From positions 11,452-75,451 of the forward strand of contig CAYHDI010000002.1 of assembly GCA_964355645.1 (NCBI GenBank): 64,000 bases of DNA, in the 5' to 3' direction. Positions 1-9,653 of this stretch are shown one piece after another; within the stretch, counting starts at the first letter, position 1; each line of letters opens with the position of its first letter. Under the pieces are notes generated by a model, which was not told the origin of the DNA, did not search any database, and saw only the letters and a program-made list of their open reading frames with translations. This stretch comes from an uncultured Candidatus Saccharibacteria bacterium. Lineage in GTDB: Bacteria; Patescibacteriota; Minisyncoccia; Phycocordibacterales; Zambryskibacteraceae. Both the position numbers and the translations under genes were made by a program.

Positions 1-478
1 AAGAAACAACATGAAGAAGCGAAGCCCCGATGAATCGAAATCCACCCGCAGAAATAGCCGAAGGGATGATAGCTTCTTTTTGAAGCAAAGGATTGAGTAA
101 TGGACTGGCAATGAAAAGTGCATTTTCGAGAGCAGCAAATCCCAGGGCGACAGTAATCATATAGATGACAGAGTCTATAGGTTCATCATCATCTCTGGTG
201 TGAATGGCAATGAAATAAGCCCCAGCGAATTTTAATCCTTCTTCAACCAAGGCCCAAAGCGAGAAAGTCAGTGGACTCATGCCCGGGAAAAAATCATTAA
301 TGATTTTTTCTAATGGAAGGACAAGTATCACTGCACCCATACCGGCCAAAAAAGTTTTAGTAATAAGAAACGGAGATTCAGGATGCTTTGAATCTTCTTT
401 TAACCAAAACAAAAGCCAAATCACAGCCGGCAGGATTCCTCCCAAGAGCGCATAGAAGATTGTGTTGAAAGTAATCAT
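1..478 (-). CDS. PrsW-family intramembrane protease, partial (C-terminus lies beyond the window edge)
   Basis: The reverse-strand ORF starts at an ATG at 478-476 and overlaps the valS stop by 4 bp (ATGA). The translation MITFNTIFYALLGGILPAVIWLLFWL...EEGLKFAGAYF...FAALENALF carries the EEGLKF and FAxLEN motifs of the PrsW/YhfC protease family. Confidence 0.5.
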   Translation of the reverse strand, partial: MITFNTIFYALLGGILPAVIWLLFWLKEDSKHPESPFLITKTFLAGMGAVILVLPLEKIINDFFPGMSPLTFSLWALVEEGLKFAGAYFIAIHTRDDDEPIDSVIYMITVALGFAALENALFIASPLLNPLLQKEAIIPSAISAGGFRFIGASLLHVVS

Positions 479-2565
479 TGTTTTGTCGGCCAGGGTTCAA
501 TCATGAGTAAATTCTTTTTGTTCATGGACTGCCAGATTTCTTCGGTGATGAACGGCATGAAAGGATGAAGGAGTTTGAGTGAATTCTCAAGGATATAAAA
601 CAAAGTTTCTCCATAACCTTCTTTGTTTTTGCTTTCCTCCAAAATTTCATCAGCAAATCGATGCCAAACATAAGCATAAATCTTCTCAGCGGCAATATAA
701 AAACGAAAACTTTCCATATCACGCGTTATATCCTTAGCCAGATTATCAAACTCTTCAATCAAATCTTTTTTTAATTCGCCTCCGTCAGCCGGCGGATTTT
801 CTTGAGAAAGAACGTAGCGCGCGATGTTCCAAATTTTGTTCGCAAAGTTTTTGTAGGCTTTAATTTTGTCTCTGGACATTTTCATATCAGTACCGACCGT
901 ATTTCCAACCACCAACGCCATGCGCCCAGCGTCCATTCCAAAATCCTTAGCCACATCCAAAGGGTCTATTCCATTGTTCAAACTTTTGCTCATCTTTCGA
1001 CCCTTATCATCCCTGACGGTACCGTGGAGATAAACAGTATGAAAAGGAATATCCTCTAAACAAAATCCAGTCATCATAATCATTCGGGCTACCCAGAAGA
1101 AAAGTATCTCATAACCAGTTTCAAGCACGTTTGTTGGATGATAAATTTTTAAATCAGGTGTATTTTCGGGCCAGCCGAGAGTTGAAAAGGTCCAAAGGGC
1201 AGAAGAAAACCATGTGTCGAGGGTATCGGAATCTTGTTCCCAGCCATCTCCTTTCGGAGCTTCTATATCACAAGAAATCTCATCGTTTCTATACCAAACT
1301 GGAATTCTATGCCCATACCAAATTTGTCTTGAAATGCACCAATCTCGCAGGTTGTCTATCCAATGAAAATAGGTTTTATTGAAATAATCTGGGATGATTT
1401 TTATCTTGCCTGACTCGACTGTCTCACGCATCATTTCTTTCAGAGTGTGTCCTTTCCATTCTTTGTTCACATTTACAAACCATTGAGTCATGATTTGCGG
1501 TTCAACAAATCCACCCGTTCTTTCGGCTGTGGCAATATTGTGAACATAGTTTTCATCCACTTTTTCTACTAACCCTTTCTTTTGAAGTTTTTCTATAATT
1601 TTTTCTCTGGCATCCTTTATTTTTATTCCGGCCAATTCTCCAGCAATAGGTAAAAGCTTGCCGAATGGATCGATAATTTTCTCTTTGTCCAAGGAATGTG
1701 TTTCTGCAATTTCGAAGTCCACCACAGAATGTGCCGGAGTGATGGTCATCACTCCCGTGCCGAATTCCGGGTCAATGCGTTTGTCTTTGATGATAGTGGC
1801 TTCGATAGGACCATTAATCCATTCAACTACAAGCTTGTCTCTATGTTTATAATCTTTGTACCTCGTATCATCCGGGTGCATTACTACATACTTGTCTCCG
1901 AACTTCGTTTCGGGCCTGGCAGTGGCAATAGTGAATGGTCCGTATTTCAAATAATAAAATTTTGTTTTCTCTTCAACATAAACAATCTCATCATCAGCGA
2001 TAGTCGTTTGACCCTTGGGGTCCCAATTCACAATTCTTTCTCCTCTATAAATCAATCCAGCGTCGAACATTTTTTTAAATGCGGTTCTCGTAGCCAGAGT
2101 TCTTTTTTTATCCAAAGTGAAAGCTTCACGACTCCAATCGCAAGATGCTCCGAGGACTTTGATTTGGGAAACAATCGTATCGTGACTTTCTCCAGCAAAT
2201 TTTTCAACGCGAGAAATAAACTCATCTCGACCGAGATCGTGTCTGGATTTCCCTTCTGTTTTGTGAATATCTTTCTCTACTCTGGATTGAGTGGCAATAG
2301 CTGCATGGTCTGTACCTGGAAGCCACAAAGTTTTCTTTCCACGCATTCTTTCGAAACGAATCATGATATCTTCAATGGTCAACATTAAGGCATGCCCCAT
2401 ATGCAGGATGCCTGTCACATTCGGAGGAGGCATGATGATGGTGAATGGTTCGATGTGTCTAGAAGGTAAGTTGTCGGGATTAAAAAAGCCACTCTTTTCC
2501 CAAAGAGTGTAAATTTTCTGCTCTGTTTCAACCGAGTTGTAGGGTGTAAGAAACTTCTTATCCAT
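475..2565 (-). CDS. valS: valyl-tRNA synthetase (short form, 696 aa)
   Basis: It carries the class I HIGH-type motif PPPNVTGILHMGHA, which is ValRS-specific, and the KMSKS motif (KMSKSLNNGIDP). It has no C-terminal coiled-coil extension. Confidence 0.85.
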   Translation of the reverse strand: MDKKFLTPYNSVETEQKIYTLWEKSGFFNPDNLPSRHIEPFTIIMPPPNVTGILHMGHALMLTIEDIMIRFERMRGKKTLWLPGTDHAAIATQSRVEKDIHKTEGKSRHDLGRDEFISRVEKFAGESHDTIVSQIKVLGASCDWSREAFTLDKKRTLATRTAFKKMFDAGLIYRGERIVNWDPKGQTTIADDEIVYVEEKTKFYYLKYGPFTIATARPETKFGDKYVVMHPDDTRYKDYKHRDKLVVEWINGPIEATIIKDKRIDPEFGTGVMTITPAHSVVDFEIAETHSLDKEKIIDPFGKLLPIAGELAGIKIKDAREKIIEKLQKKGLVEKVDENYVHNIATAERTGGFVEPQIMTQWFVNVNKEWKGHTLKEMMRETVESGKIKIIPDYFNKTYFHWIDNLRDWCISRQIWYGHRIPVWYRNDEISCDIEAPKGDGWEQDSDTLDTWFSSALWTFSTLGWPENTPDLKIYHPTNVLETGYEILFFWVARMIMMTGFCLEDIPFHTVYLHGTVRDDKGRKMSKSLNNGIDPLDVAKDFGMDAGRMALVVGNTVGTDMKMSRDKIKAYKNFANKIWNIARYVLSQENPPADGGELKKDLIEEFDNLAKDITRDMESFRFYIAAEKIYAYVWHRFADEILEESKNKEGYGETLFYILENSLKLLHPFMPFITEEIWQSMNKKNLLMIEPWPTKQ

Positions 2566-2599
2566 GCGTCTCTTATATTAGCACGGGTTAATTATTGTT

Positions 2600-2780
2600 C
2601 ACACTCTCTATAAAGGACAAAATATACATTGTTGACGTATGAATTCATGAAGCTGGTTTATAGGACATAAAAAAACCAACTAGGACAAGCTGTAGTGAAA
2701 TTAACAAAGTTTTGTATAGGACACTTTATTGATAAAGGACAAATCATGTAAATACGTTGCAAACAAAGGATAAATTTGAA
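2600..2780. repeat. array of 5-6 TAWAGGACA boxes in the valS / surface-protein divergent intergenic region
   Basis: Copies are taaaggacaaaa (2611), tataggacataa (2660), ctaggacaagc (2681), tataggacact (2716), taaaggacaaat (2734) and aaaggataaat (2765). Spacing is irregular at 17-49 bp. Confidence 0.45.
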
Positions 2781-2800
2781 ATCACTATTTTTTCCTCGCC

Positions 2801-2829
2801 TTGACAGGTTCCACTAGGAAACGTAGTGT
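2801..2829 (+). promoter_or_regulatory. sigma70-like promoter candidate (TTGACA-17-TAGTGT) upstream of the surface-protein gene
   Basis: TTGACA lies at 2801-2806 with a 17-nt spacer; the -10 is weak. Confidence 0.3.
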
Positions 2830-2841
2830 AAGAATATCTTC

Positions 2842-4773
2842 ATGTCGAAAGCCATTTCTCATAAATTTTTAGTTAAATTTTTGACCATATACACCATGGT
2901 CTGTATTCTCTTGGTAAATTTCCCTTTGTCTGCTCTCGCTGCCGGAGTTTCAGTCAGTGTCACGGCAAATGGTCTTAGTGCTCTTACTCTTTCTAGCTCA
3001 ACGGATACCTTCACGATTGACGTTTCCTCTACAAACGCCACAGCATGTCAAACGACTTCACCATCTGCTTCTGGTATTGCCACCTCAGTCAGCATGAGTA
3101 TTGGACCCGGAAATCCTTTTTATCCATCGGTTGGTGGAAATTCGACTTTCACTGTTACTTGTACCGATGGTGTGGATAATGCCACTGGGAGTGTTATCGT
3201 ATCTTTGCCCGCAACCCCTCCGGTCACTCTTTCTGTGGACATCAAAGCCAACAGTTCAGATGGTCCAGTGAATTTAAATACAGGTGATACTTATACATAT
3301 TCTTGGACTTCAACCAATGCGACAGCATGTCAACTCACTTCACCTGCAGTTTCCGGTATTTCAACATCGGGAACAAGTGCCACGATTGATTCTGGTAATC
3401 CATTTTATCCGTCAGCGGGCGGTTCTGTGACCCTAACTATTACCTGTACTGATGGAGCAACTAACGTCACGGATTCAGTCATGGTAAATCTCGCGGCCCC
3501 ACCTCCACCAAGCGGAGGAGGTTCGTGTACCCTCCCAACCATAAATAGCCCACTCACTGCTTCGGGGACTGTAAACACAACTTTTTCATATACAACTACG
3601 ACCACCAGTACTTCTACTCCAAGCTTTTCAATTGGCGCCTCAGTCCTTCCAACAGGTTTGTCCTTTAGCCCTACAACAGGAGTTATTTCTGGTACTCCCA
3701 CCCAATCAGGAACATTTAATATAATTATCACTCCAACAAATCCTTGCGGAACAGACACTCAAACACTTGTTTTGACCATAGCTCCTGAAGTCATTCCTCC
3801 TGCAGGTGGTGGGGGTGGGGGAGCCGGTGGAGGTGTAGGCAGTATCCCAATAAACAACACTGTTCTTCCTGGAGGTCATAGACATGGCGGAATAGTATTG
3901 GGAGCAGAAACATCTGATTTGGAGTGTTTTTACCTCCATGATTATATGAGAATTGATTTTCAGAATGACCCCATTCAGGTTATGAGACTTCAAGCCTTCC
4001 TCAAATCTTTCGAGGGATATGATTATGTGACGGTAAATGGTGTCTTTGATCAAGCAACCTTTGATGCTGTTTCTGCTTTTCAAATGAAGTATAAGGATGA
4101 CATCCTTACTCCATGGGGGCATACCGCTCCTACTGGCTATGTCTATATTTTGACTCTCAAAAAAATAAATGAATTATATTGTCAACACACCTTCCCAATA
4201 AACGAGGCACAGGCCCGCGAAATAGTGGCTTTCAGAGCACTTTTGGAAAGCCTAAGAAATAAGGGCATACAAATTAACTTCACTCCTGAAGGCACGATAG
4301 TGATACCGGAAGGAACATCTACTCCGGCCGAACTACCAATCGTGGGTGAAGCAAGTCCGCCTAAAGGACAAAATCTAAATAACCTCGCGACTGCTATCTT
4401 TGCGGGGCCACCATCATTAGCCAGCGCGCTAGGGTGTTTATATCAATTTCTGATTATCTTAATTGTCCTTTATATTATTGCTAGTATATTGACTGATGTC
4501 CTTTATAATAAGGAACAAAATGTCCTTAAGAAAAGATTGACCAAATGGATTATATTCTCCCTTGAATTAATCATCGCCCTAATCATTGCCTATATTCTAA
4601 AAGAATGGTGTCTTATTCTTCCACTTTTCATTGCCTTGATTTGTTCAATAATCTGGATTGTTTTCTACAAGAAACATGATTCAATTAAAGCTTCTTTCAA
4701 ATCATGGTCTATGGTAATCGATGCTCGTATTAAAAGTATTCTAAAAAGAAACAATCTTCCTTCTAATAAGTAA
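2842..4773 (+). CDS. cell-surface protein
   Basis: It has a signal peptide (MVCILLVNFPLSALAAG) and two roughly 90-aa repeats (TACQxTSPxxSGIxTS...GNPFYPSxGG..T.TCTDG). An Ig-like domain follows (LPTGLSFSPTTGVISGTPTQSGTF), then a poly-Gly linker and a peptidoglycan-binding-like segment (YDYVTVNGVFDQATFDAVSAFQ). The C-terminus carries TM helices. Confidence 0.5.
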   Translation: MSKAISHKFLVKFLTIYTMVCILLVNFPLSALAAGVSVSVTANGLSALTLSSSTDTFTIDVSSTNATACQTTSPSASGIATSVSMSIGPGNPFYPSVGGNSTFTVTCTDGVDNATGSVIVSLPATPPVTLSVDIKANSSDGPVNLNTGDTYTYSWTSTNATACQLTSPAVSGISTSGTSATIDSGNPFYPSAGGSVTLTITCTDGATNVTDSVMVNLAAPPPPSGGGSCTLPTINSPLTASGTVNTTFSYTTTTTSTSTPSFSIGASVLPTGLSFSPTTGVISGTPTQSGTFNIIITPTNPCGTDTQTLVLTIAPEVIPPAGGGGGGAGGGVGSIPINNTVLPGGHRHGGIVLGAETSDLECFYLHDYMRIDFQNDPIQVMRLQAFLKSFEGYDYVTVNGVFDQATFDAVSAFQMKYKDDILTPWGHTAPTGYVYILTLKKINELYCQHTFPINEAQAREIVAFRALLESLRNKGIQINFTPEGTIVIPEGTSTPAELPIVGEASPPKGQNLNNLATAIFAGPPSLASALGCLYQFLIILIVLYIIASILTDVLYNKEQNVLKKRLTKWIIFSLELIIALIIAYILKEWCLILPLFIALICSIIWIVFYKKHDSIKASFKSWSMVIDARIKSILKRNNLPSNK

Positions 4774-5842
4774 GATTTCCTCGAGCCTTTAACTTTTCTT
4801 TTTTTGTTTTATACCCCGTTTTGATTTTTATGTATCCGGCTACGGCTATCATGACCGCGTTGTCTGTTGTCAAAGATGGTTCTGGTGTTCTTAATATGAG
4901 TTCATGAAATTTTAGAGAGAATTTTTCCAATTCTCGGCGCAGATGTGTGTTGAGCGAAACCCCACCGGCCACGATAAGAGTTTTCGGATAAAACTCGTCC
5001 AATGCCTTCTTCGTTTTCTCCACGAGAACACCGATAGCCGAATCTTCAAAAGCTCGAGCCGCTTCGTTTCTTTGTTCCTCGGTTAATTCTCTCCCTCTTA
5101 GTTTATACAAAACAGAAGTTTTCAATCCAGAAAAAGAAAAATCTAAATCCTTCGAATGAATCATTGGTCTAGGAAATTCGTATGATGGGGATAGTCCTTC
5201 TTTTCGGTGTTGTTCGGCTAGAATAGAAATTTTTGGCCCTCCCGGGTAAGACAAACCGAGAAGTCGAGCAACTTTGTCGAAGGCTTCACCCACGGCATCA
5301 TCCTTTGTCCGCCCAACAATTTTATAAGAACCAAAATCATCAATATAAACAAGTTCAGTATGCCCGCCTGAAACGAGAAGAGCTAGGGCAGGGAATTGAA
5401 TTTGTTGACACTCGGTGTCAACATCATTATATAAAACAGAATAAATATGTCCTTCCATATGATTGACTGGGACAATTGGAACATTCCAGTTCTCACCCAA
5501 CTTTTCGGCGAAGAGAATTCCTTCCCAAAGAGCAGGCTCAAGTCCGGGTCCTTCTGTGACAGCGATGTAGTCAATGTTTTTTGGATTTTCTCCAGTCTCC
5601 TTTATTACCTTCTCAAGTAGAATTGGCAAATTTTTTTGATGTTCACGTTTGGCGAGCATGGGGTAAACCCCGCCGTATTTCTCGTGAATATCAATCTGAG
5701 AAATAAGGGCATTCCCAAGGAGTTTAAATTTTAATGGTTCCCACCCCGCTTCGCCAAGGCTACGCGGGGTAAGTGTTCCCTTACATTCAAGCAGGGCAAT
5801 AGCCGTCTCGTCGCAACTCGTTTCTATGGCCAAGATTTTCAT
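4763..5842 (-). CDS. tsaD: tRNA N6-adenosine threonylcarbamoyltransferase TsaD (Kae1/YgjD family)
   Basis: The N-terminus MKILAIETSCDETAIALLE is the hallmark of this family, and the 359-aa length fits. Confidence 0.85.
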   Translation of the reverse strand: MKILAIETSCDETAIALLECKGTLTPRSLGEAGWEPLKFKLLGNALISQIDIHEKYGGVYPMLAKREHQKNLPILLEKVIKETGENPKNIDYIAVTEGPGLEPALWEGILFAEKLGENWNVPIVPVNHMEGHIYSVLYNDVDTECQQIQFPALALLVSGGHTELVYIDDFGSYKIVGRTKDDAVGEAFDKVARLLGLSYPGGPKISILAEQHRKEGLSPSYEFPRPMIHSKDLDFSFSGLKTSVLYKLRGRELTEEQRNEAARAFEDSAIGVLVEKTKKALDEFYPKTLIVAGGVSLNTHLRRELEKFSLKFHELILRTPEPSLTTDNAVMIAVAGYIKIKTGYKTKKEKLKARGNLTY

Positions 5843-5880
5843 TATATTGGTGATTATCAGTATATCGGACTATAAACTAA

Positions 5881-8223
5881 GTGTATAATAAGGCAATGAT
5901 TAAGGATTATGTACGGGCAGCCAATTATTTGAGTGCCATACAGATTTATTTGTGGAGTAATTTTTTGTTAGAAAAACCTCTTAGTAGTGATGATATCAAA
6001 TCAAGACTTTTGGGTCATTGGGGCACTTGTCCGGGAATTAACTTTGTTTATGCACATTTAAACGACCTCATCATTAGGCACAAACTCGATATGATGTTCG
6101 TGCTCGGTCCGGGGCATGGTTTCCCAGCTCTCCAAGCCAATTTATTCTTAGAGAAAACTCTCGGCCAATATTATCCCGAAGCCACTCAAACAGAAAACGG
6201 TATTGCCTACATGGCGAAAAATTTCAGCTGGCCATACGGATTCCCGAGCCATTCGAATCCTGGAGCGCCCGGAGTGATTCTTGAGGGTGGAGAACTCGGG
6301 TATTCGCTCTCAACGGCCTGGGGTACGGTTTTAGACAATCCGAATCTCATCACAACATGTCTAGTTGGAGACGGTGAAGCTGAGACCGGACCTCTGGCCA
6401 CTTCATGGCATTTAAATAAATTTATCAATCCGAAAACCGATGGAGCCGTTCTTCCTATTCTTCATTTGAATGGCTACAAGATTTCTGGTCCCACGATTTT
6501 CGGTCGAATGAATAATGAAGAGTTGAAAAGTTTGTTCTATGGGTACGGCTATGAACCAATCATAGTAGAGGGGAATGATGATGAACTTTATGAACGCATG
6601 CCAATCGCTTTGGAAACTTGCTTAGGGCAAATTAAAAAACTTCAACAAGAAGGCAAGGCAGAGAAAGATTCCTTCGCTCGGTTCCCAATGATTATTCTTC
6701 ATACGAAGAAAGGTTGGACCGGAGTGAAAGAATCGAGAGGTCGAAAAATCGAAGATAACTGTCTTTCTCATCAAGTTGTGTGTTCACATGTGAAGTCTGA
6801 TGCCGAAGAATTGAAATCCGTTGAAGCTTGGTTTCGTTCATACAAATTCGAAGAATTGTTTGATAAAGAAAAAGGCTTTTCCAAGGACATTACCGACCTC
6901 ATTCCTCCACTAGAACTGGCGATGGGGAACAACAAGCATGCTTTCGGTTTGAAATATTTGGGCCAACCTCTCGAGCTTCCTTCGGCCGAAAGTTTGATGG
7001 AAGACGCTTCCATTCCGGGCACCATAGGTTCAAGCAGTATGATTCGCATGGCCCTTTTCCTCAAGGAAGTGTTTCAAAAAAACCAAGCAAACAAAAATTT
7101 CCGCCTAATGTCTCCGGACGAAACTTATTCAAACAAACTTCAGGAAGTATTCAAAGAAACTGCTCGAGCATTCGACGGTCCTACAGAGGCTTGGGATATG
7201 GATTTGTCCCCAGACGGGCGAGTGATGGAAATGCTTTCTGAACATTCGCTTCAAGGTTTGGCCCAAGGTTATATTTTGACTGGGCGACATGCTGTCTTCG
7301 CTTCTTATGAAGCTTTCGTGCAAGTAGTCTCAAGCATGGCTGATCAATATGCGAAGTTCCTGCGCGTCGCTCGCGAAACTCCTTGGAGAGGCGACATTCC
7401 TTCTTTCAATTATATTTTAACTTCGTCGGGTTGGAGGCAAGAACACAATGGCTTCTCTCATCAAAACCCAGGGTTCATTGATACCATGCTTCAGAAACAT
7501 GGATGCTTCGTGCGAGTATTTTTCCCACCAGACGGCAATACCGCGCTTTCTGTACTCAAACAATGTTTAGAATCCAAGAACGAAATAAATTTGATTGTGG
7601 CTGGGAAAACTCTCGAACCACGTTGGCTTACACCAGAATTGGTGAAAAAAGAATTAGAAACAGGAATTATGATTTGGGGCTTCGCGAGCGACGAGAATCC
7701 AGATTTGATTTTCTCTGCAGCTGGTGAATATCTGACCAAGGAAGCACTCGCAGCCATGATGATTGTTCGGAAACATTTACCGAAAATTAAATTGCGCTTT
7801 GTGAGTATTTTGGAAATTTCGGCCATCGGTCTCGGCAATTCTGCTTGCAAAATTCCTCTTCAAACTTTCAATGATTATTTCGAGAAAGACAAACCGGTCA
7901 TATTCAATTTTCACGGCTATCCGGAAACTCTCAAACAAGTTCTATTTGACGAACAAGACGGAACGAGTCGTTTCTATGTCCACGGCTACACGGAGAACGG
8001 TTCGACCACCACACCATTCGATCTTCATCTAAGGAACAAAACCAGTCGCTACGACCTCGCCATGGAGGCTTTCAAAATCCTGTCTGAGAAAAATCTTATT
8101 TCTACAGAAGAAGCTCAACAATTAACCGAAGAATATCAAAAGAAAATCTCCGAGCATCATGAATATATAATTCTGCACGGTGTTGACCCAGAAGAAATTA
8201 CCAATTGGCAATGGTCGAGATAA
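5881..8223 (+). CDS. xfp: xylulose-5-phosphate/fructose-6-phosphate phosphoketolase
   Basis: At 780 aa it carries the motifs HWGTCPGINFVYAHLN, LGPGHG and GYSLS, which are typical of phosphoketolase. Confidence 0.85.
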   Translation: MYNKAMIKDYVRAANYLSAIQIYLWSNFLLEKPLSSDDIKSRLLGHWGTCPGINFVYAHLNDLIIRHKLDMMFVLGPGHGFPALQANLFLEKTLGQYYPEATQTENGIAYMAKNFSWPYGFPSHSNPGAPGVILEGGELGYSLSTAWGTVLDNPNLITTCLVGDGEAETGPLATSWHLNKFINPKTDGAVLPILHLNGYKISGPTIFGRMNNEELKSLFYGYGYEPIIVEGNDDELYERMPIALETCLGQIKKLQQEGKAEKDSFARFPMIILHTKKGWTGVKESRGRKIEDNCLSHQVVCSHVKSDAEELKSVEAWFRSYKFEELFDKEKGFSKDITDLIPPLELAMGNNKHAFGLKYLGQPLELPSAESLMEDASIPGTIGSSSMIRMALFLKEVFQKNQANKNFRLMSPDETYSNKLQEVFKETARAFDGPTEAWDMDLSPDGRVMEMLSEHSLQGLAQGYILTGRHAVFASYEAFVQVVSSMADQYAKFLRVARETPWRGDIPSFNYILTSSGWRQEHNGFSHQNPGFIDTMLQKHGCFVRVFFPPDGNTALSVLKQCLESKNEINLIVAGKTLEPRWLTPELVKKELETGIMIWGFASDENPDLIFSAAGEYLTKEALAAMMIVRKHLPKIKLRFVSILEISAIGLGNSACKIPLQTFNDYFEKDKPVIFNFHGYPETLKQVLFDEQDGTSRFYVHGYTENGSTTTPFDLHLRNKTSRYDLAMEAFKILSEKNLISTEEAQQLTEEYQKKISEHHEYIILHGVDPEEITNWQWSR

Positions 8224-8227
8224 ATAT

Positions 8228-9211
8228 ATGAAAATTTTAACTGTTAATGTAGGAAGTGAATCGAAGAAATACGCTCTGTTTGGAGACGACAAGGAAATTT
8301 GGAATGTGCATATTGAAGAACGAGAGGGGGGTTTAGAAGAAGGCAAACTGTCCGAGCAATTTGATTCAATTGTTTTTAGAATTGTTGCCCCGGGAACGTA
8401 TTTCAGACAACACAGAGTCATAGACGCAGAATTTTTGAATCAATTAAATTTGGCTCGACCGAAGGCCCCACTTCATATAGATAGAACTTTGGCAGAGATT
8501 AAACTCTTCCAAACGAAATTTCCAAATACCAAGATGGTTGGGATTTCTGATTCAGCATATCACTCCACCCTTCCGGATTATGCCCGACTTTATGCTTTGC
8601 CTACGGAGGATGCGAAAACTTTGGACATAGAACATTTCGGCTATCACGGCATTGCTCTTTCTTCAGTGGTGGAAAAGCTAAAAGCCCAAAACAATTTGCC
8701 CGAAAATATTATTATTTGTCACCTCGGCGGAGGTTCGAGCATTACTGCAGTGAAAAACGGCGCAAGCATTGATACTTCAATGGGCTTCACTCCGCTTTCT
8801 GGTTTGACCATGGCCACGAGGGTAGGGGAAATTGATCCGGGAGCTCTCGTTTATCTTTCTGAAGTGAAAAATTTGCATGGGGAAAAATTCGAAGAATATT
8901 TGGCCAATCAATGTGGTTTCCTCGGCTTCGCTGGCACTCCAAGTATGAAGCAACTCCTGGCCCAAGAAGCCACAGATGAAAAGTCGGCCATGGTCATAAA
9001 GATGTTTGTCTATCAAGTTCAAAAATATATTGGAGCTTATACAGTTGCTCTCGGCGGTCTCGATTTACTTGTTTTCTCTGGAGGAATCGGCGAACCATCA
9101 GAACCCATTCGTACAAAAATTCTCGCAGGTCTTGGCATGTTAGCCAAAAATATCTTGGTTGTGCCTGCAGATGAAGCCAAGGAGCTGGTGAGGCTGTCAA
9201 AAAATTTATAA
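8228..9211 (+). CDS. ackA: acetate kinase (short)
   Basis: It begins MKILTVNVGSESKKY and continues ...GYHGIA...HLGGGSSITAVKNGASIDTSMGFTPLSGLTMATRVGEIDPGAL, with the acetate/propionate kinase motifs. The start was chosen at the ATG at 8228 rather than the upstream in-frame M, which overlaps xfp. Confidence 0.75.
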   Translation: MKILTVNVGSESKKYALFGDDKEIWNVHIEEREGGLEEGKLSEQFDSIVFRIVAPGTYFRQHRVIDAEFLNQLNLARPKAPLHIDRTLAEIKLFQTKFPNTKMVGISDSAYHSTLPDYARLYALPTEDAKTLDIEHFGYHGIALSSVVEKLKAQNNLPENIIICHLGGGSSITAVKNGASIDTSMGFTPLSGLTMATRVGEIDPGALVYLSEVKNLHGEKFEEYLANQCGFLGFAGTPSMKQLLAQEATDEKSAMVIKMFVYQVQKYIGAYTVALGGLDLLVFSGGIGEPSEPIRTKILAGLGMLAKNILVVPADEAKELVRLSKNL

Positions 9212-9213
9212 AA

Positions 9214-9240
9214 CCTAGCAAGAACGGTTCTTGCTAGGTA
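9214..9240. terminator. perfect 13-bp-arm palindrome acctagcaagaac-g-gttcttgctaggt, copy 1 of a 3-copy motif family
   Basis: It lies 3 bp after the ackA stop. There is no U-tract after it. Confidence 0.45.
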
Positions 9241-9309
9241 TATATCATTCCAACATTCTATAGAACATTGGAATGTATATTCTAGGATTTTGCAAAAGAC
9301 TTAATTTGT

Positions 9310-9382
9310 GCGCGATGCAGGACTTGAACCTACAACATCCTCAACGTCAATGAGGCGCTCTACCAATTGAGCTAATCGCGCA
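9310..9382 (-). tRNA. tRNA-Val (anticodon GAC)
   Basis: The reverse complement folds as a cloverleaf with anticodon loop ttGACgt. Confidence 0.75.
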
Positions 9383-9411
9383 ATAAATCTACTTTATACT
9401 AAAATTTAAAT

Positions 9412-9502
9412 TGGCGGAAGCGGTGAGATTTGAACTCACGAGACCCTTTCGAGCCTGCCAGTTTTCGAAACTGGTGCCTTCAACCACTCAGCCACGCTTC
9501 CG
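9412..9502 (-). tRNA. tRNA-Ser (anticodon CGA), CCA encoded
   Basis: The reverse complement is cggaagcgtggctgagtggttgaagg...ttCGAaa... with a long variable arm; the T-arm is gttcaaatc. Confidence 0.75.
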
Positions 9503-9554
9503 TAGGGCGAACTATAGCATTTTTCTTAAAAAATGTTAATATAAGCTTTGTTTT

Positions 9555-9640
9555 AAGGCCTCCCGACCCCGATTTTAATCGAGGGTCGAGGATCCTCGAT
9601 TCACGACTCGAAAGAGTCGGAATCGGGACTATCGTCTGCA
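9555..9640 (+). repeat. left direct repeat of the GIY-YIG cassette (hairpin-rich; ends with a partial copy of the tRNA-Glu 5' end)
   Basis: Its sequence tcccgaccccgattttaatcgagggtcgaggatcctcgatt...aatcgggactatcgtctg is about 80% identical to 9906-9992. Confidence 0.55.
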
Positions 9641-9653
9641 CAATACTTTCTGA

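Noticed and set aside
1696-2388. 230-aa plus-strand ORF antisense to valS, and similar long ORFs antisense to ftsZ (12985-13599), clpB (39250-39621), topA and gyrA
   Set aside because: These are shadow ORFs fully contained within well-supported genes on the opposite strand, with no RBS or promoter context.
8180-8227. Upstream in-frame extension of acetate kinase
   Set aside because: It overlaps the xfp 3' end. The conserved kinase N-terminus begins at the ATG at 8228.
9225-9260. Imperfect 15-bp inverted repeat cattccaacattcta / tagaacattggaatg between ackA and tRNA-Val as an operator
   Set aside because: It is a single occurrence with two mismatches and no associated regulator gene. It was noted but not called.
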